From Rhynchopus sp. YZ270_cl-10 (taxonomy: Eukaryota): a stretch of 64,000 nucleotides of DNA. Where the stretch lies: NCBI GenBank assembly GCA_964035575.1, contig OZ037838.1, positions 806,001 through 870,000 on the forward strand. The letters run 5' to 3'. The translations under genes were made by a program, and so were the position numbers. The number at the start of each line of letters is the position of its first letter. Position 1 is the first letter of the stretch. This document shows, piece after piece, positions 11,401 through 23,463 of the stretch. The notes below the pieces were generated by a model that was not told where the DNA came from, did no database searches, and saw only the letters and a list, made by a program, of their open reading frames with translations.

Positions 11401-12106
11401 TGGCTTGTCTTGGTCTTGATTTATCTCTACTTTAGCAGCGAAAATCCTGCACTCCCTAGTCCCATCCTCCGGGCATAAAGCGTGCCCTGGCAGAAGTATC
11501 GTTTCGGTCCCGCAAACTACTGTGCCACAGTAGGTTCAACTGGTCACTTTATTCCCGATGTTCAGCAAGCCAAAAGCCGTGAATGAGGGACCGACAAATG
11601 AGCTTCCCACTTCGGCGCCCCTAAATAAGGGTAGCTGAAGGGGAAAATTTGAATTTTGATGAGCCCACTCTGACACCTCCTACTGCAAAGCGTGCTCCTT
11701 CTATTTGCTCTCTTTTAAGGATCCTGTGAAGAAAAACCGTGGCTATTATCTAGTGATAGTAGTCTATATTCAAACAAAATTTCCTCATTTCCCGGCATGG
11801 CGAGAACATTGTTGTAGCGAATCTAGCCCCGGTCCTTGTCTTTGTCGTCCTCCGGATTGTAGCGCGTCTTGTCCCCCGATCCATGGCACGCCTGGGATAT
11901 TCCCCTGGAGCAAGTGTTCACATGTCTGTCAGCAACTGCTGCGACAGGGTTGCCCCCTGATTTGCACCCAAATTTGGGCGAGTTTCTGAAAATCAGGGGT
12001 AGCGCGAGCTACTCGCCCAAAACGGCTCGCTCGCAAGGTATAACTAGCCCAGGGAGGGTTCCCGGCTTCCGGCGAAGTTTATTCCAATCCGTACCCCAGT
12101 GTCCTA

Positions 12107-12287
12107 GGCATAGTGTGCAGACGAACAAAATGTTCGTCGATGTTCGTCGATGTTCGTCGTTGTTCGTCGTGGGTTGCCCTTGTGGCAGGGACCTGTTCGT
12201 CGATGTTCGTCGACGAACATCGACGAACAAAACCGACGAACATTTTGTTCGTCGACGAACCAAAAATGTTCGTCTGCACACTATGCC
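12107..12287. mobile_element. MITE with TIRs and internal TGTTCGTCGA repeats
   Basis: GGCATAGTGTGCAGACGAACA ... TGTTCGTCTGCACACTATGCC, flanked on both sides by TA (or CTAG). Confidence 0.8.
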
Positions 12288-12611
12288 TAGGGGGGCCTCA
12301 TGGCTTCACTGCCTAGGGTTCCAGCAGGTCCTCCATGTGCCTGGTGCACGTCTGGTCGCCTATTGGTGCTGTGCCGCCCTGTGCACAGCCAGCGTTGCTG
12401 TGTCTTGGTCGGCTGCAGAAGAGGTCTTGCTTTTGTCGAGGCTTCTCATCTACAACCGACCAAGACCACAGCAAAGCTGCTCACACAAGTTTGATTGTGA
12501 TGTGGGATTCTTTGTTCCTCTGACACTGTGAGTACTGTCACAAACAGAACAACACCTCTCCCCCCACCTCATCATCACCCCCGTGAGCAGTGAAGCAAAG
12601 AAGAAGAAACA

Positions 12612-13754
12612 ATGATGGATGTGACCTTTGTGCTGGAAGAGTCAGGCGTGACTGCGACAGTGGAGGTGCCGTGCGAGGCGGACGTTGCAGCGGCAAAGGA
12701 GGTTGCGTGCACGGCGCTTGCTGTCTCGCCTGCGTCTGTCGAGATGCGCATCGGCACGCAGGTGCTGGAGGGGACGTGCCGTCTGCAGGACACTGCGTTT
12801 GATGCAGGGGTGCAGGTTGTGCTTGCCTGTCCTCGCTTTGCCTACATCAAGTGTCCTGCTGAGTACACTGCAACTCATGTGCAAAGCTTGTCACTGTCGC
12901 GTTGTGGAACGCTGTGCGTCCATAGGGGGATGAGGAGTCGGTATGTTGACGGCTTCGACACAGAAACCTTCGACACTGTCTTTGAGTTCAAAATGGACAC
13001 TAACCTGAACACGGCACCGCCTGCGATCTCGCAGTGCAAGACACGTTGCTATCTGGCGTGTAATGATTACCTTCTCAAGGTTGCGCTTCCGGGTGGGGAG
13101 GTGGTCCGCAAAGTCGACGTCCCCTCGTACGCAGTGTTCGCGTGTGGCAATGTTGTTGTCTCGAAGGGCAAAGACGGCGTCTCTGTGTATGACGAAGACC
13201 TGACGTTGCTCCGCTCTCTCTCGCATGGCAGGCAACTAGGGTGCTGGAAGGTGGCAGTGTCTGACTGTGGTGGGTGGGTGATCACCTCCTCCTGGAAGGA
13301 GAAGAAGGCACGTCTGTGGGATGTGAACACAGGTGAAGCTGTGGCATGTGTGCCTGCGGATGAAAAGTGGGGTAGCGTGGCGCTTTCACGGTCTGCCTCT
13401 GTCTTTGCTGTAGGGTGCTTTGGCAACGTGCAGCTCTATGATTGGAGTGGTGTGGCTCTTCGCAGGATTGATATGGATGGGGATGGGGGTGTTGAGGTCA
13501 TACACTTCACCCCGTGTGGGAAGTACCTTGTGGTGGGGATACGTTTTGCAACGGAATCCGACGATGACGAAGCTTATGAGGATTACAATACACAACTGCA
13601 CCAGTATGATGTGGCGACCATGTCCCGTGTGCATGTGATACCGCAAACCTTTGGAGGGTACTTTGCGATATCGCCGTGTTCACGTGTTGGTGTGGCTATG
13701 CAATCAGATAGCGTCATTGTGATGAGACATCTGCACCCACACAACAGTGAGTGA
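12612..13754 (+). CDS. Ubl-WD40-like propeller family, copy 1
   Basis: 380-aa ORF; MDVTFVLEESG Ubl-like N-terminus; ARLWDVNTGE, FTPCGKYL; ends HLHPHNSE. Confidence 0.9.
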   Translation: MMDVTFVLEESGVTATVEVPCEADVAAAKEVACTALAVSPASVEMRIGTQVLEGTCRLQDTAFDAGVQVVLACPRFAYIKCPAEYTATHVQSLSLSRCGTLCVHRGMRSRYVDGFDTETFDTVFEFKMDTNLNTAPPAISQCKTRCYLACNDYLLKVALPGGEVVRKVDVPSYAVFACGNVVVSKGKDGVSVYDEDLTLLRSLSHGRQLGCWKVAVSDCGGWVITSSWKEKKARLWDVNTGEAVACVPADEKWGSVALSRSASVFAVGCFGNVQLYDWSGVALRRIDMDGDGGVEVIHFTPCGKYLVVGIRFATESDDDEAYEDYNTQLHQYDVATMSRVHVIPQTFGGYFAISPCSRVGVAMQSDSVIVMRHLHPHNSE

Positions 13755-14019
13755 TGTGTGACCAGGGGAGGGGAGGGGAGAGTAGTGATCAATAACCCAG
13801 GGTGCCAGCGAAAAAAAACCCAAGACCCTCAAAACACCCCAAGAAACACCCCTTTTAGCCCTGTTGCTGCTTTTCTCTTGTTTGCCTGCCACAGGTCGCC
13901 CACCTCACACGCTGCCCATGCGGTGCTCTGGTGTGGGTGACAGATCGCGATGCCGAGTGTTGCTTTCCATTCGTCACCTCTCAACGAGAACCCTGCCCTG
14001 TTGCAGGAATACGTATGAT

Positions 14020-14286
14020 TTAGCACCATGTGGATTGGCAAATGGTGTGGCAGCGAACGGAGTACCTGAAGCTCACAACTCTGCTGCCTTCATTGCCTCA
14101 AGTCACTTTCTTTTCGTTGTTTACCTAGCCTGTTCAAGAAAGCCATATCTGGGGGTTGGGCAGGGTAGCCTCTCGTTCTTGGAAAAAACATCAAAGTTCT
14201 GGATTTATGTTCTCATTCCCCCCCCTTTTTTTTTTGATGGGGTTTCGGGTTTTCCGAACTCGACCCTCACTGTAGTGGGGTCATTT
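14020..14286. repeat. Local duplication, second copy at ~27379-27644
   Basis: Near-identical GCACCATGTGGATTGGCAAATGG...CTCACTGTAGTGGGGTCATTTT. Part of it resembles ~10692-10721 inside the decayed LINE. Confidence 0.8.
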
Positions 14287-14866
14287 TTTTTTGGAAAAAT
14301 GGACAAGTTCTTGACTGTTACAAATTATGGTCATCATGTACCGTTTTTCCACCCACCTATCCGAACCGAACACAGCCCATTTGTCAATTCCGCCCAATTT
14401 TATTCAACTACACCCAATCACATGCACCACCAGCACAGCTCAGATTTTTTTGAGGAAGGCTTGCCACGGGGTGACCTGTTTTGCTTGCTCACACGGGAGG
14501 GGTAAGGGTCCAGCCTCTGAGCTGGAGTCAAACTGGAGACGCAACTAGAGGGTGTAACGATACCCGCTTTTCGGGTGTGTCACCCCTCGAAACGCGGGTG
14601 GCTGCATGAAAAAGAAGTGGCACACATTTTTTCCACTTGGTAACCCGGGGGAGGGACTGCATGCCTTCTTCTCACCTTTGCTTTTGTCGAGGCTTCTTAG
14701 CTACAACCGACCAAGACCACAGCAAAGCTTCTCACACAAGTTTGATTGTGATGTGGCGGGATTCTTTGTTCTCTGACACTGTGAGTACTGTCACAGACAG
14801 AACAACACCTCTCCCCACCCACCTCATCATCACCCCCGTTAGCAGTGGAGCAAAAAAGAAGAAACA

Positions 14867-16000
14867 ATGATGGATGTGACCTTTGTGCTGGAAGAGTCAG
14901 GCGTGACTGCGACAGTGGAGGTGCCGTGCGAGGCGGACGTTGCAGCGGCAAAGGAGGTTGCGTGCACGGCGCTTGCTGTCTCGCCTGCGTCTGTCGAGAT
15001 GCGCATCGGCACGCAGGTGCTGGAGGGGACGTACCGTCTGCAGGACACTGCCTTTGGTGCAGGAGTGCAGGTTGTGCTTGCCCACCCTCACTTGGCTGAC
15101 ATCAAGTGTCCTGCTGAGTGCAGTGTAGAGGTGCTAACTGGAACGCAGTGGATGTTTGTACATCGCTTTTCGCTGTCTCCTTGTGGAGCACTCTGCCTCT
15201 GTACACATAAGCAAGGCTCTGTCACCGGCCTCGATACAGAAACCTTCAGCCCTGCCTTCAAGTTCAAAGTAGACATTGTGATGTGCGGTGCGCCTGCCAT
15301 CTCGCAGTGCAAGACACGCTGCTACCTGGCGTGCAAGGAAGTCCTTCTCGGGGTTGCGCTTCCGGGTGGGGAGGTGGTCCGCAAAGTCGACGTCCCCTCG
15401 TACGAAGTGTTCGCGTGCGGCAGTGTTGTTGTCTCAAAAGGCAATGACGGCGTCTCTGTGTATGACGAAGACCTGATGTTGCTCCGCTCTCTCTCGCACG
15501 AAGAGTGTTGTAACGTGGCAGTGTCGGACTGTGGTGGGTGGGTGATCACCTCCTCTGAGAAGGAGAAGAACGTACGTCTGTGGGATGTGAACACAGGTGA
15601 AGCTGTGGCATGTGTGCCTGCGAGTGGGTGGTGTCTCGTGGCGCTTTCACGGTCTGCTTCTGTCTTTGCTGTGGCGGGGGTGGGAACCAGCGTGCACCTC
15701 TATGATTGGAGTGGTGCGGCTCTTCGCAGTATTGATGTGGACGGGTATGGCGACCGCATGCAGTTCGCCCCGTGTGGGAAGTACCTTCTGGTGCAGGTAT
15801 TTGATTCGGAAGATGAAGATGATAGTGATAACAATGCACGCCTGCAGCAGTATGATGTGGCGACCACGTCCTGTGTGCGTGTGCTGCTGGATACCTACGG
15901 TGAGTCATTTGCGATATCGCCATGTTCACGCGTTGTTGTGATTATGGAACCCTATGGCGTTATTGATACAAGACATCTGTACCCACACAACAGTGAGTGA
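14867..16000 (+). CDS. Ubl-WD40-like propeller family, copy 2
   Basis: 377-aa ORF with the same architecture. Confidence 0.9.
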   Translation: MMDVTFVLEESGVTATVEVPCEADVAAAKEVACTALAVSPASVEMRIGTQVLEGTYRLQDTAFGAGVQVVLAHPHLADIKCPAECSVEVLTGTQWMFVHRFSLSPCGALCLCTHKQGSVTGLDTETFSPAFKFKVDIVMCGAPAISQCKTRCYLACKEVLLGVALPGGEVVRKVDVPSYEVFACGSVVVSKGNDGVSVYDEDLMLLRSLSHEECCNVAVSDCGGWVITSSEKEKNVRLWDVNTGEAVACVPASGWCLVALSRSASVFAVAGVGTSVHLYDWSGAALRSIDVDGYGDRMQFAPCGKYLLVQVFDSEDEDDSDNNARLQQYDVATTSCVRVLLDTYGESFAISPCSRVVVIMEPYGVIDTRHLYPHNSE

Positions 16001-16567
16001 TGTGTGACCAGGGGAGGGGAGCAGACGTGAGGATAAGGTTTAGGGGTGCGGGTCTGGGGTGCGGGCTATTCTCTCGCGGGTGTGGGGTGGGAGTAAGGGG
16101 CTCGCGGTTTTTGGAGTGAACGACATGTTGGGTGTGGGGTGGGGGTGAGGGGATGTCTAAGTTGACTCCAACCTAGCTCAAAATTCACAAATGGGGCTTT
16201 CTCGTGTCTCCCTCCACGGTAAACGAGGGAGTAAATCAGTGCCGGGCAGGGTGCACAATGAACGTACCCAAAAAACACCGTTATTTGGATTTTCGGTGCC
16301 ACTACTGGGGATGAGGACTACACTGCGAATGACTTGTGTTTTCAAGCTTTTTTTCGTCGCCCAATTCACGTACCCGCGCTACACTATGCTCATGCTCGAA
16401 CACTACATCGTACGTGCCAACATTACGAACTCCCGCTAGGGAAATGGCATCAACCCTGACAACAAACTTGTGGGAACCCACGCAGCTGATGCTGCGCGAT
16501 AACGAATGTGTTCAAGGTGACTAAGCACAGAGAGGCTTAGGGTCATCTTACAAATCTTTCTCTTTTT

Positions 16568-17330
16568 TTGTGTCTCGGGGTCACCCCTGAGTGAGGTGTC
16601 CCTGTGTGAAACGCAAAGACATTTTATTGCGATGCATTCATTGTCTATCCTTCGTAGGTTTGCACATCACTTTCAAGGTTTTCGTGCTTTGAGAACGAAG
16701 AAGATGTCGTTCACCCCATTCATTTGTGTGCCCATTATTCCCTTTCCCTTCGTTTGTGTGGTTTTCAGATTTTTATGTTGAGAGAAATGAGCAGGATTGG
16801 ACGCCTGTGGTCATGATAAAAGCCGTGACGCCATTGAGCGACTCACAGACACATCAGTGATAGACGTTGTCGCTGTGGTATCCCGCCTCGCAGAGGAAGG
16901 TGTTTTTTGACACAGCAACTTCGTGAGTCAGTTACCGGTCTGCGAAGCAAATTGAAAACGGCGTGTTTGCGCTTCATATCGCAGAGGATAGAGAAACTGA
17001 AAAGTCATGAAAATACAAAACTAATGCTGCCTCAGCAGGGCAAGAACCAAAGGATGGTGGCCACGTTCAAAAGCAAAGCACAGTGGAACACATCCACACT
17101 AATACAACCAAGCTTTCAAAGACAAAACAAGACCTCTCCCCGACCTGTTTGTTGTCTCTTGCACACCACACCCGCACTCCCTACCTCCCTTTTGATACCT
17201 GTCTACGCCCACAGAGAGACATCCCTCCCGTCCCATCACGCTGCCCATGCGGTGCTCTCGTGTGGGTGACAGATCGCGATGTTGAGTATCATTTTCCATT
17301 TGTCACCTCTCACAACGAGAACCACCACAA
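16568..17330. repeat. Segmental duplication, second copy at ~50680-52790 interrupted by a TIR element
   Basis: Near-identical sequence from TGTGTCTCGGGGTCACCCCTGAGT to ACGAGAACCACCAC. Confidence 0.85.
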
Positions 17331-17436
17331 CATGCAACACAGAACAACACCTCTCCCCCACCCACCTCATCACTCTCTCCGTTTGTGGTGGAGCAAACGT
17401 GCTGATTTGCACCTTCTCACGAAGCAACGGAACACA

Positions 17437-18501
17437 ATGGATGTGACCTTTGTGCTGGAAGAGTCAGGTGTGACTGCGACAGTGGAGGTGCCGTGCGAGG
17501 CGAAGGTTGCAGCGGCAAAGGAGGTTGCGTGCACGGCGCTTGCTGTCTCGCCTGCGTCTGTCGAGATGCGCATCGGCACGCAGGTGCTGGAGGGGACGTG
17601 CCGTCTGCAGGACACTGCGTTTGATACAGGGGTGCAGGTTGTGCTTGCCTGTCCTCGCTTTGCCGACATCAAGTGTCCTGCTGAGTACACAGCAACGCAT
17701 AAGGCAACCTTGTCGCTGTCGCGTTGTGGAACGCTCTGCGTCTATGTTTGTGATAGGAACGTTGTTGGCTTCGACACAGAAACCTTCGACACTGTCTTCT
17801 CGTTTGAAGTGGACACTATCGTGTTCGGTCTGCCTGCCATCTCGCAGTGCAAGACACGCTGCTACCTGGCGTGTGGGGATTACCTTCTTAAGGTTGCGCT
17901 TCCGGGTGGGGAGGTGCTCCGCAAAGTCGACTGCGCTTCGAGGTCGGTGTTCGCGTGTGGCGATGTTGTTGTCTCAAAGGTCCCAGACGGTGTCTCTGTG
18001 TATGACGAAGACCTGACGTTGCTCCGCTCTCTCTCGCACGAACAGTGTTATGACCTGGCAGTGTCAGACTGTGGTGAGTGGGCGATCACAGCCAGGCAGG
18101 ACAACGCACGTCTGTGGGATGTGAACACAGGAGAAGCTGTGGCATGTGTGCCTGCGGAGGGGTGGTGCGAAGGAGTGGCGCTTTCACGGTCTGCCTCTGT
18201 CTTTGCTGTGGGGAATTCTAGCAGTGTACGCCTCTATGATTGGAGTGGTGCGGCTCTTCGCAGTGTTGATGTGGGTGAGGATGTGGATGACATGCAGTTC
18301 ACCCCGTGTGCGAAGTACCTTGTGGTAAAGAATGTACGCGTGCTGCACCAGTATGATGTGGCGACCATGTCCTGTGTGCATGTGATACCGCAAACCTTAG
18401 CTGTGTCCTTTGTGATATCGCCGTGTTCACGTGTTGTTGTGGCCATGCAATCAAATGGCGTCATTGTGACGAGACATCTGTACCCACACAACAGTGAGTG
18501 A
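17437..18501 (+). CDS. Ubl-WD40-like propeller family, copy 3
   Basis: Family ATG at 17437 within ORF 17083-18501. Confidence 0.9.
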   Translation: MDVTFVLEESGVTATVEVPCEAKVAAAKEVACTALAVSPASVEMRIGTQVLEGTCRLQDTAFDTGVQVVLACPRFADIKCPAEYTATHKATLSLSRCGTLCVYVCDRNVVGFDTETFDTVFSFEVDTIVFGLPAISQCKTRCYLACGDYLLKVALPGGEVLRKVDCASRSVFACGDVVVSKVPDGVSVYDEDLTLLRSLSHEQCYDLAVSDCGEWAITARQDNARLWDVNTGEAVACVPAEGWCEGVALSRSASVFAVGNSSSVRLYDWSGAALRSVDVGEDVDDMQFTPCAKYLVVKNVRVLHQYDVATMSCVHVIPQTLAVSFVISPCSRVVVAMQSNGVIVTRHLYPHNSE

Positions 18502-18525
18502 TGTGTGACCAGGGGAGGGGAGGGG

Positions 18526-18840
18526 AGGGGGTCTCTTTAGGATAAAATATGGGGGGAAAGGTCTTTTTTGGTTAATAGCGCCGAAAAAACGGCAGCGAGG
18601 TATGTAGTCATGAGGGCGAGACTGGGGAAACACAACACAAAAATACTGATGAAGGTGGTGGTGAGATTTCCCCGTACCGTCCTCAACCAACCTTGCCGAA
18701 GCAAGTGGTAAGCAATAACAACAAAAGGGCACGTAGCAATAGATAAATGGTACGCGCAAAAAAAATATATCCATAGCGAAAAAGGGGGAGGGGGAAAAGA
18801 CTTTCTTATTCGCGACATATTTTATCCTAGAGACCCCCCT
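18526..18840. mobile_element. MITE-like insertion in the 3' flank of copy 3
   Basis: AGGGGGTCTC(TT)TAGGATAAAATATG ... CATATTTTATCCTAGAGACCCCCCT. Absent from the paralogous 3' flanks of copies 1, 9 and 10. Confidence 0.7.
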
Positions 18841-19166
18841 GGCGTAGCAAAGCTACTTAAACAAGTTTACAGTATGAGGGGAGGGAGGGTGGTGATCAAT
18901 ATAACCCAGGGTACAAGCAAAACAACCCAAGACCCTCAAAACACCCAAGAAACTCCCCTGCCTCACACGCTGCCCATGCAGTGCTCTCGTGTGGGTGACA
19001 GATCGCGATGTTGAGTATCATTTTCCATTTGTCACCTCTCACAACGAGAACCACCACAAACATGCAACACAGAACAACACCTCTCCCCCACCCACCTCAT
19101 CACTCCCTCCGTTTGTGGTGGAGCAAACGTGCTGATTTGCACCTTCTCACGAAGCAACGGAACACA

Positions 19167-20300
19167 ATGGATGTGACCTTTGTGCTGGAAGAGTCAGGTG
19201 TGACTGCGACAGTGGAGGTGCCGTGCGAGGCGAAGGTTGCAGCGGCAAAGGAGGTTGCGTGCACGGCGCTTGCTGTCTCGCCTGCGTCTGTCGAGATGCG
19301 CATCGGCACGCAGGTGCTGGAGGGGACGTGCCGTCTGCAGGACACTGCGTTTGATGCAGGGGTGCAGGTTGTGCTTGCCTGTCCTCGCTTTGCCGACATC
19401 AAGTGTCCTGCTCAGTACAATTTGAAGTGGTCATCTATGAACGTAACGATCTCGCTGTCGCGTTGTGGAACGCTCTGCCTTGTTGGTGATGGTGGAAATA
19501 TTGTTGGCTTCGACACAGAAACCTTCGACACTGTCTTCTCGTTTGAAGTGGAAACTGACGGGAACACGGCTCCGCCTGCCATCTCGCGGTGCAAGACACG
19601 CTGCTACCTGGCGTGTTGGGAGGAAGGCCTTCTCGAGGTTGCGCTTCCGGGTGGGGAGGTGATCCGCAAAGTCGAGGGATTCTCGTACTCAGTGTTCGCG
19701 TGTGGCGGTGTTGTTGTCTCGAAGGGCACAGACTGCGCCTCTGTGTATGACGAAGACCTGACGTTGCTCCGCTCTCTCTCGCACGAAGGCTGCACGTGTG
19801 TGTCGGTGTCGGACTGTGGTGGGTGGGTGATCACCTCCTCCGAAGTCGACAGCAACGTACGTCTGTGGGATGTGAACACAGGTGAAGTTGTAGCATGTGT
19901 GCATGCGGGTTCGTGGTGTGCAATGAAGCTTTCACGGTCTGCCTCAGTCTTTGCTGTGGTCTTTGCTGAGGCGGGGAACGATACCGTGCAGCTCTATGAT
20001 TGGAGTGGTGCGGCTCTTCGCAGTGTTGATGTGGGTGGGGAAGTTGGGAGCATGCAGTTCACCCCATGTGGGAAGTACCTAGTGGTGGGGATACGTGTTG
20101 CGGAATCTGATGATGACGAAGATGGTATGTATTACAATACACACCTGCACCAGTATGATGTGGCGACCATGTCCCGTGTGCGTGTGATACCGCAATGCTC
20201 AGGTGCATTTGCGATATCGCCGTGTTCACGTGTTGTTGTGGCTCTGCAACGAGATACCTACATTGTGACGAGTCATCTGTACCCACACAACAGTGAGTGA
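19167..20300 (+). CDS. Ubl-WD40-like propeller family, copy 4
   Basis: Family ATG at 19167 within ORF 19008-20300. Confidence 0.9.
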   Translation: MDVTFVLEESGVTATVEVPCEAKVAAAKEVACTALAVSPASVEMRIGTQVLEGTCRLQDTAFDAGVQVVLACPRFADIKCPAQYNLKWSSMNVTISLSRCGTLCLVGDGGNIVGFDTETFDTVFSFEVETDGNTAPPAISRCKTRCYLACWEEGLLEVALPGGEVIRKVEGFSYSVFACGGVVVSKGTDCASVYDEDLTLLRSLSHEGCTCVSVSDCGGWVITSSEVDSNVRLWDVNTGEVVACVHAGSWCAMKLSRSASVFAVVFAEAGNDTVQLYDWSGAALRSVDVGGEVGSMQFTPCGKYLVVGIRVAESDDDEDGMYYNTHLHQYDVATMSRVRVIPQCSGAFAISPCSRVVVALQRDTYIVTSHLYPHNSE

Positions 20301-20472
20301 TGTGTGACCAGGGGAGGGCCAGGGTACAAGCAAAACAACCCAAGACTCTACCCAACACCCTCAAAAAACCCCTTCTAGCCCTATTGCAAGAACACGCACT
20401 CATCCTTCTTATTTGTCATTACGAAGTGACACCACCAACCATCACATCAAACACAACAGACCCCTTAACAAT

Positions 20473-21618
20473 ATGATGGATGTGACCTTTGTGCTGGAAG
20501 AGTCAGGCGTGACTGCGACAGTGGAGGTGCCGTGCGAGGCGAAGGTTGCAGCGGCAAAGGAGGTTGCGTGCACGGCGCTTGCTGTCTCGCCTGCGTCTGT
20601 CGAGATGCGCATCGGCACGCAGGTGCTGGAGGGGACGCGCCGTCTGCAGGACACTGCGTTTGATGCAGGGGTGCAGGTTGTGCTTGCCCGCCGCTTTGCC
20701 TACATCAAGTGTCCTGCTGACCATAGCGTGCGTGCAGACAACTTGTCACTGTCGCGTTGTGGAACGCTCTGCGTCTATATACGCGGGAGTGGGCATGTTG
20801 GTGGCTTCGACACAGAAACCTTCGACACTGTCTTCTCGTTTGAAGTGGACACTGATGTGTGCGGTCGGCCTGCCATCTCGCAGTGCAAGACACGCTGCTA
20901 CCTGGAGTGTTGGGATTGCCTTCTTAAGGTTGCGCTTCCGGGTGGGGAGGTGCTCCGCAAAGTCGAGGGCACCTCGCACGCAGTATTCGCGTGTGGTGGT
21001 GTTGTTGTCTCCCAAGGCACAGACGGCGTCTCTGTGTATGACGAAGACCTGACGTTGCTCCGCTCTCTCTCGCATGAGCAGTGCAGGAAGATGGCAGTGT
21101 CGGACTGTGGTGGGTGGGTGATCACCTCCTCCGAAACAGAGTTGAAGGCACGTCTGTGGGATGTGAACACAGGAGAAGCTGTGGCATGTGTGCCTGCGGA
21201 TGACACAGAGTGGTGTGCAGTTGCGCTTTCACGGTCTGCCTCTGTCTTTGCTGAGGCGGGGAACAACACCGTGCACCTCTATGATTGGAGTGGTGCGGCT
21301 CTTCGCAGTGTTGGCGTGGGTGGGGATGTTGAGGACATGCAGTTCACTCCGTGTGGGAAGTACTTTGTGGTCAAGTTGCATGTTCCGGAATGCATATATG
21401 ATGCAGATGATGACGAAAAAATGATGGCTGCTGGCTACAATGTGCAACTCCACCAGTATGATGTGGCGACCATGTCCTGTGTGTGTGTGATCCCGCAAAG
21501 CTCAGATGGGAGATTTGCGATAGCACCATGTTCACGTGTGGTTGTGTTAGGGTGTGACGAAAGCAACACAACAAGCGGCATTGCAACAAAGCATCTGTAC
21601 CCACACAACAGTGAGTGA
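20473..21618 (+). CDS. Ubl-WD40-like propeller family, copy 5
   Basis: Family ATG at 20473 within ORF 20413-21618. Confidence 0.9.
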   Translation: MMDVTFVLEESGVTATVEVPCEAKVAAAKEVACTALAVSPASVEMRIGTQVLEGTRRLQDTAFDAGVQVVLARRFAYIKCPADHSVRADNLSLSRCGTLCVYIRGSGHVGGFDTETFDTVFSFEVDTDVCGRPAISQCKTRCYLECWDCLLKVALPGGEVLRKVEGTSHAVFACGGVVVSQGTDGVSVYDEDLTLLRSLSHEQCRKMAVSDCGGWVITSSETELKARLWDVNTGEAVACVPADDTEWCAVALSRSASVFAEAGNNTVHLYDWSGAALRSVGVGGDVEDMQFTPCGKYFVVKLHVPECIYDADDDEKMMAAGYNVQLHQYDVATMSCVCVIPQSSDGRFAIAPCSRVVVLGCDESNTTSGIATKHLYPHNSE

Positions 21619-22215
21619 TGTTTCGCGAGGGGTGGGAGGGTGGTGACTGTATTCTGACAGAAGGGGACAGTGCAAGTGTCTGCAGAGGGTATACCACACC
21701 GTCAATCTGGCTCAAGCGGACGGCTTTTCACACATCACACACAAAGACTTCGAGTTGTTGTGATTCTTTTTCATATTGGTATCGTTTCTTGTTGACTCTT
21801 TATTTGTGAAGATGTGCGTGCACGAGAGTCATATGCATGTTTCAGGTTTTATTTGCTTACTTTTCCATGAGGTTGCAATCCGTTAAACGGAAACACAAAC
21901 ATCGGTTGTGTGGTTTATGATCGTACTCTTAACGTTCAAAAGAAATCAAACAAAATCAAAAGGGGAGAAAATGTGGGAGGAATCTGTTTTCAATTGGCAC
22001 TGTTAGTGCGGAAGGTACGTGCGGGGAGGGACGAGAGTGGGGAACGGGAAAAGGCGAAAATGATTTTTTCTGCTGAATGTGGTGATTATTTGTTTCTCCC
22101 AGCCCCAGTTCCTACCCTGCCGAAGCAGGAGGTAAAAAGAAATAGCAGCCCGACTCCCTCCTTTTTTGTTTAGAGTACTCTCAAACCCCACACAACGCAC
22201 TTTCAGTGCCTTGCG
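21619..22215. repeat. Shared 3' flank block of family copies; also from 25352, 34306, 42761, 46697 and partly 48656
   Basis: Begins TGTTTCGCGAGGGGTGGGAGGGTGGTGAC and stays near-identical over 300-600 bp. Confidence 0.85.
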
Positions 22216-22449
22216 GTGCTGTGAAAAAGAAAACCGACTTTTATTGGAAACTGTTTTCTTCTTCGCCAATACACAAAAACACTTGACAGAAAAAAAAATT
22301 TCACACAAACGTTTTTTGCTTCCTAACTCTCTGCTTTTTCATCTTTTTCAAAAATCCCACCATCCCACCCTTGATTCATTAAGTTGAAGCTTGTTGTTGT
22401 TTTTATCTAGTACCGTTTTGTGCATTTTTTGTTTTCGTTGTGTGTGAAG

Positions 22450-23160
22450 TCATATCGTGGTAGTAGTGCGACCTGGGTCGACTGGGCAGTGTGCAGGAGC
22501 GATCCGACACGCAACTCTTGATGTGCCTCATCGGTAGTAGTGCGACTGGGGTTCGACTACGCGAGATGATGATGGCAGTGGGTTTCGTGCTTTACACTCC
22601 AATCTCGCCGATGTGTACCAACCCCCTTAAAAGCCAAAGGGGGTGTAGTGCGTCACAGGTACGACTACAATAGGTTGTGGAAATTAGCAGATTAGGAATT
22701 ACTATCTGACAGGCAACCTAGGGTGGCATACGTTAGCTGTATGTCAAGCATTTTTCTGTTCTCTTCTTCTTTGTTGCATGGGTCTGCTTTTTCATTAAAG
22801 CTGCAACGGGAGCAATCTGGCTCGGGTCAATGTTTTTTATCATCTAATTTTTGTTTTTACCTATGTAACACCGTAGTGTTCTTTTAAATTCGTGTGGTAT
22901 GTCGCCAATGCGTCATCGGGAGCAGGGCGACTCAGGTCGACTGCGAGAGATCTGTTGATAGTGTGCGGGCACAGCCGACACGCAATCTCTGTTAGGACCG
23001 TGCGCATGGTTTAGCGTATTATTGTCTTGCTTGTAGCTTGGTTTATTTTTCTGCTTGTGTTTTGTCGCCAATGTGTCATCGGGAGCAGTGCGACTCGGGT
23101 CGACTGCGAGAGGTTTGTTAATAGTGTGCGGGCACAGCCGACACGCAATCTCTGATGTGC
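22450..23160. repeat. Degenerate ~80-90-bp repeat, 3-4 copies
   Basis: TCATCGG..AGTGCGACTCGGGTCGACTG...CCGACACGCAATCTCTG at ~22450, ~22528 (partial), ~22901 and ~23063. Confidence 0.65.
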
Positions 23161-23463
23161 GTCAAACATGTAGATGCTATTTTTTGTTTCTTCCGTGGGG
23201 ATGTTTCTCCCCCCCCCGGATACCTTTGAACTATTATTGACTTACCTCCCCCCAATAATTAAAGGCTTTTACAAAATTTTATCAGGTGGAAAACCCTAAG
23301 ACGTCAAGTCTCATCTCAGGTAACAAAAATTAAAATTATTCTGCCTACACAGCGACCTCTCTTTTATTTTCTGGTGTACTTTTACTTTTACTTTGACTTT
23401 TGCTGAACGGAAGTTAGCTTACCAGGTAGCTAGGTAACTTAGCTTACCAACTAAAATATGAAA

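Noticed and set aside
17083..17436. N-terminal extensions of family ORFs (also 19008, 20413, 24146 and others) and of 52744
   Set aside because: Mostly non-ATG starts, not conserved among copies, and lying in duplicated leader DNA. The shared M(M)DVTF start is preferred.
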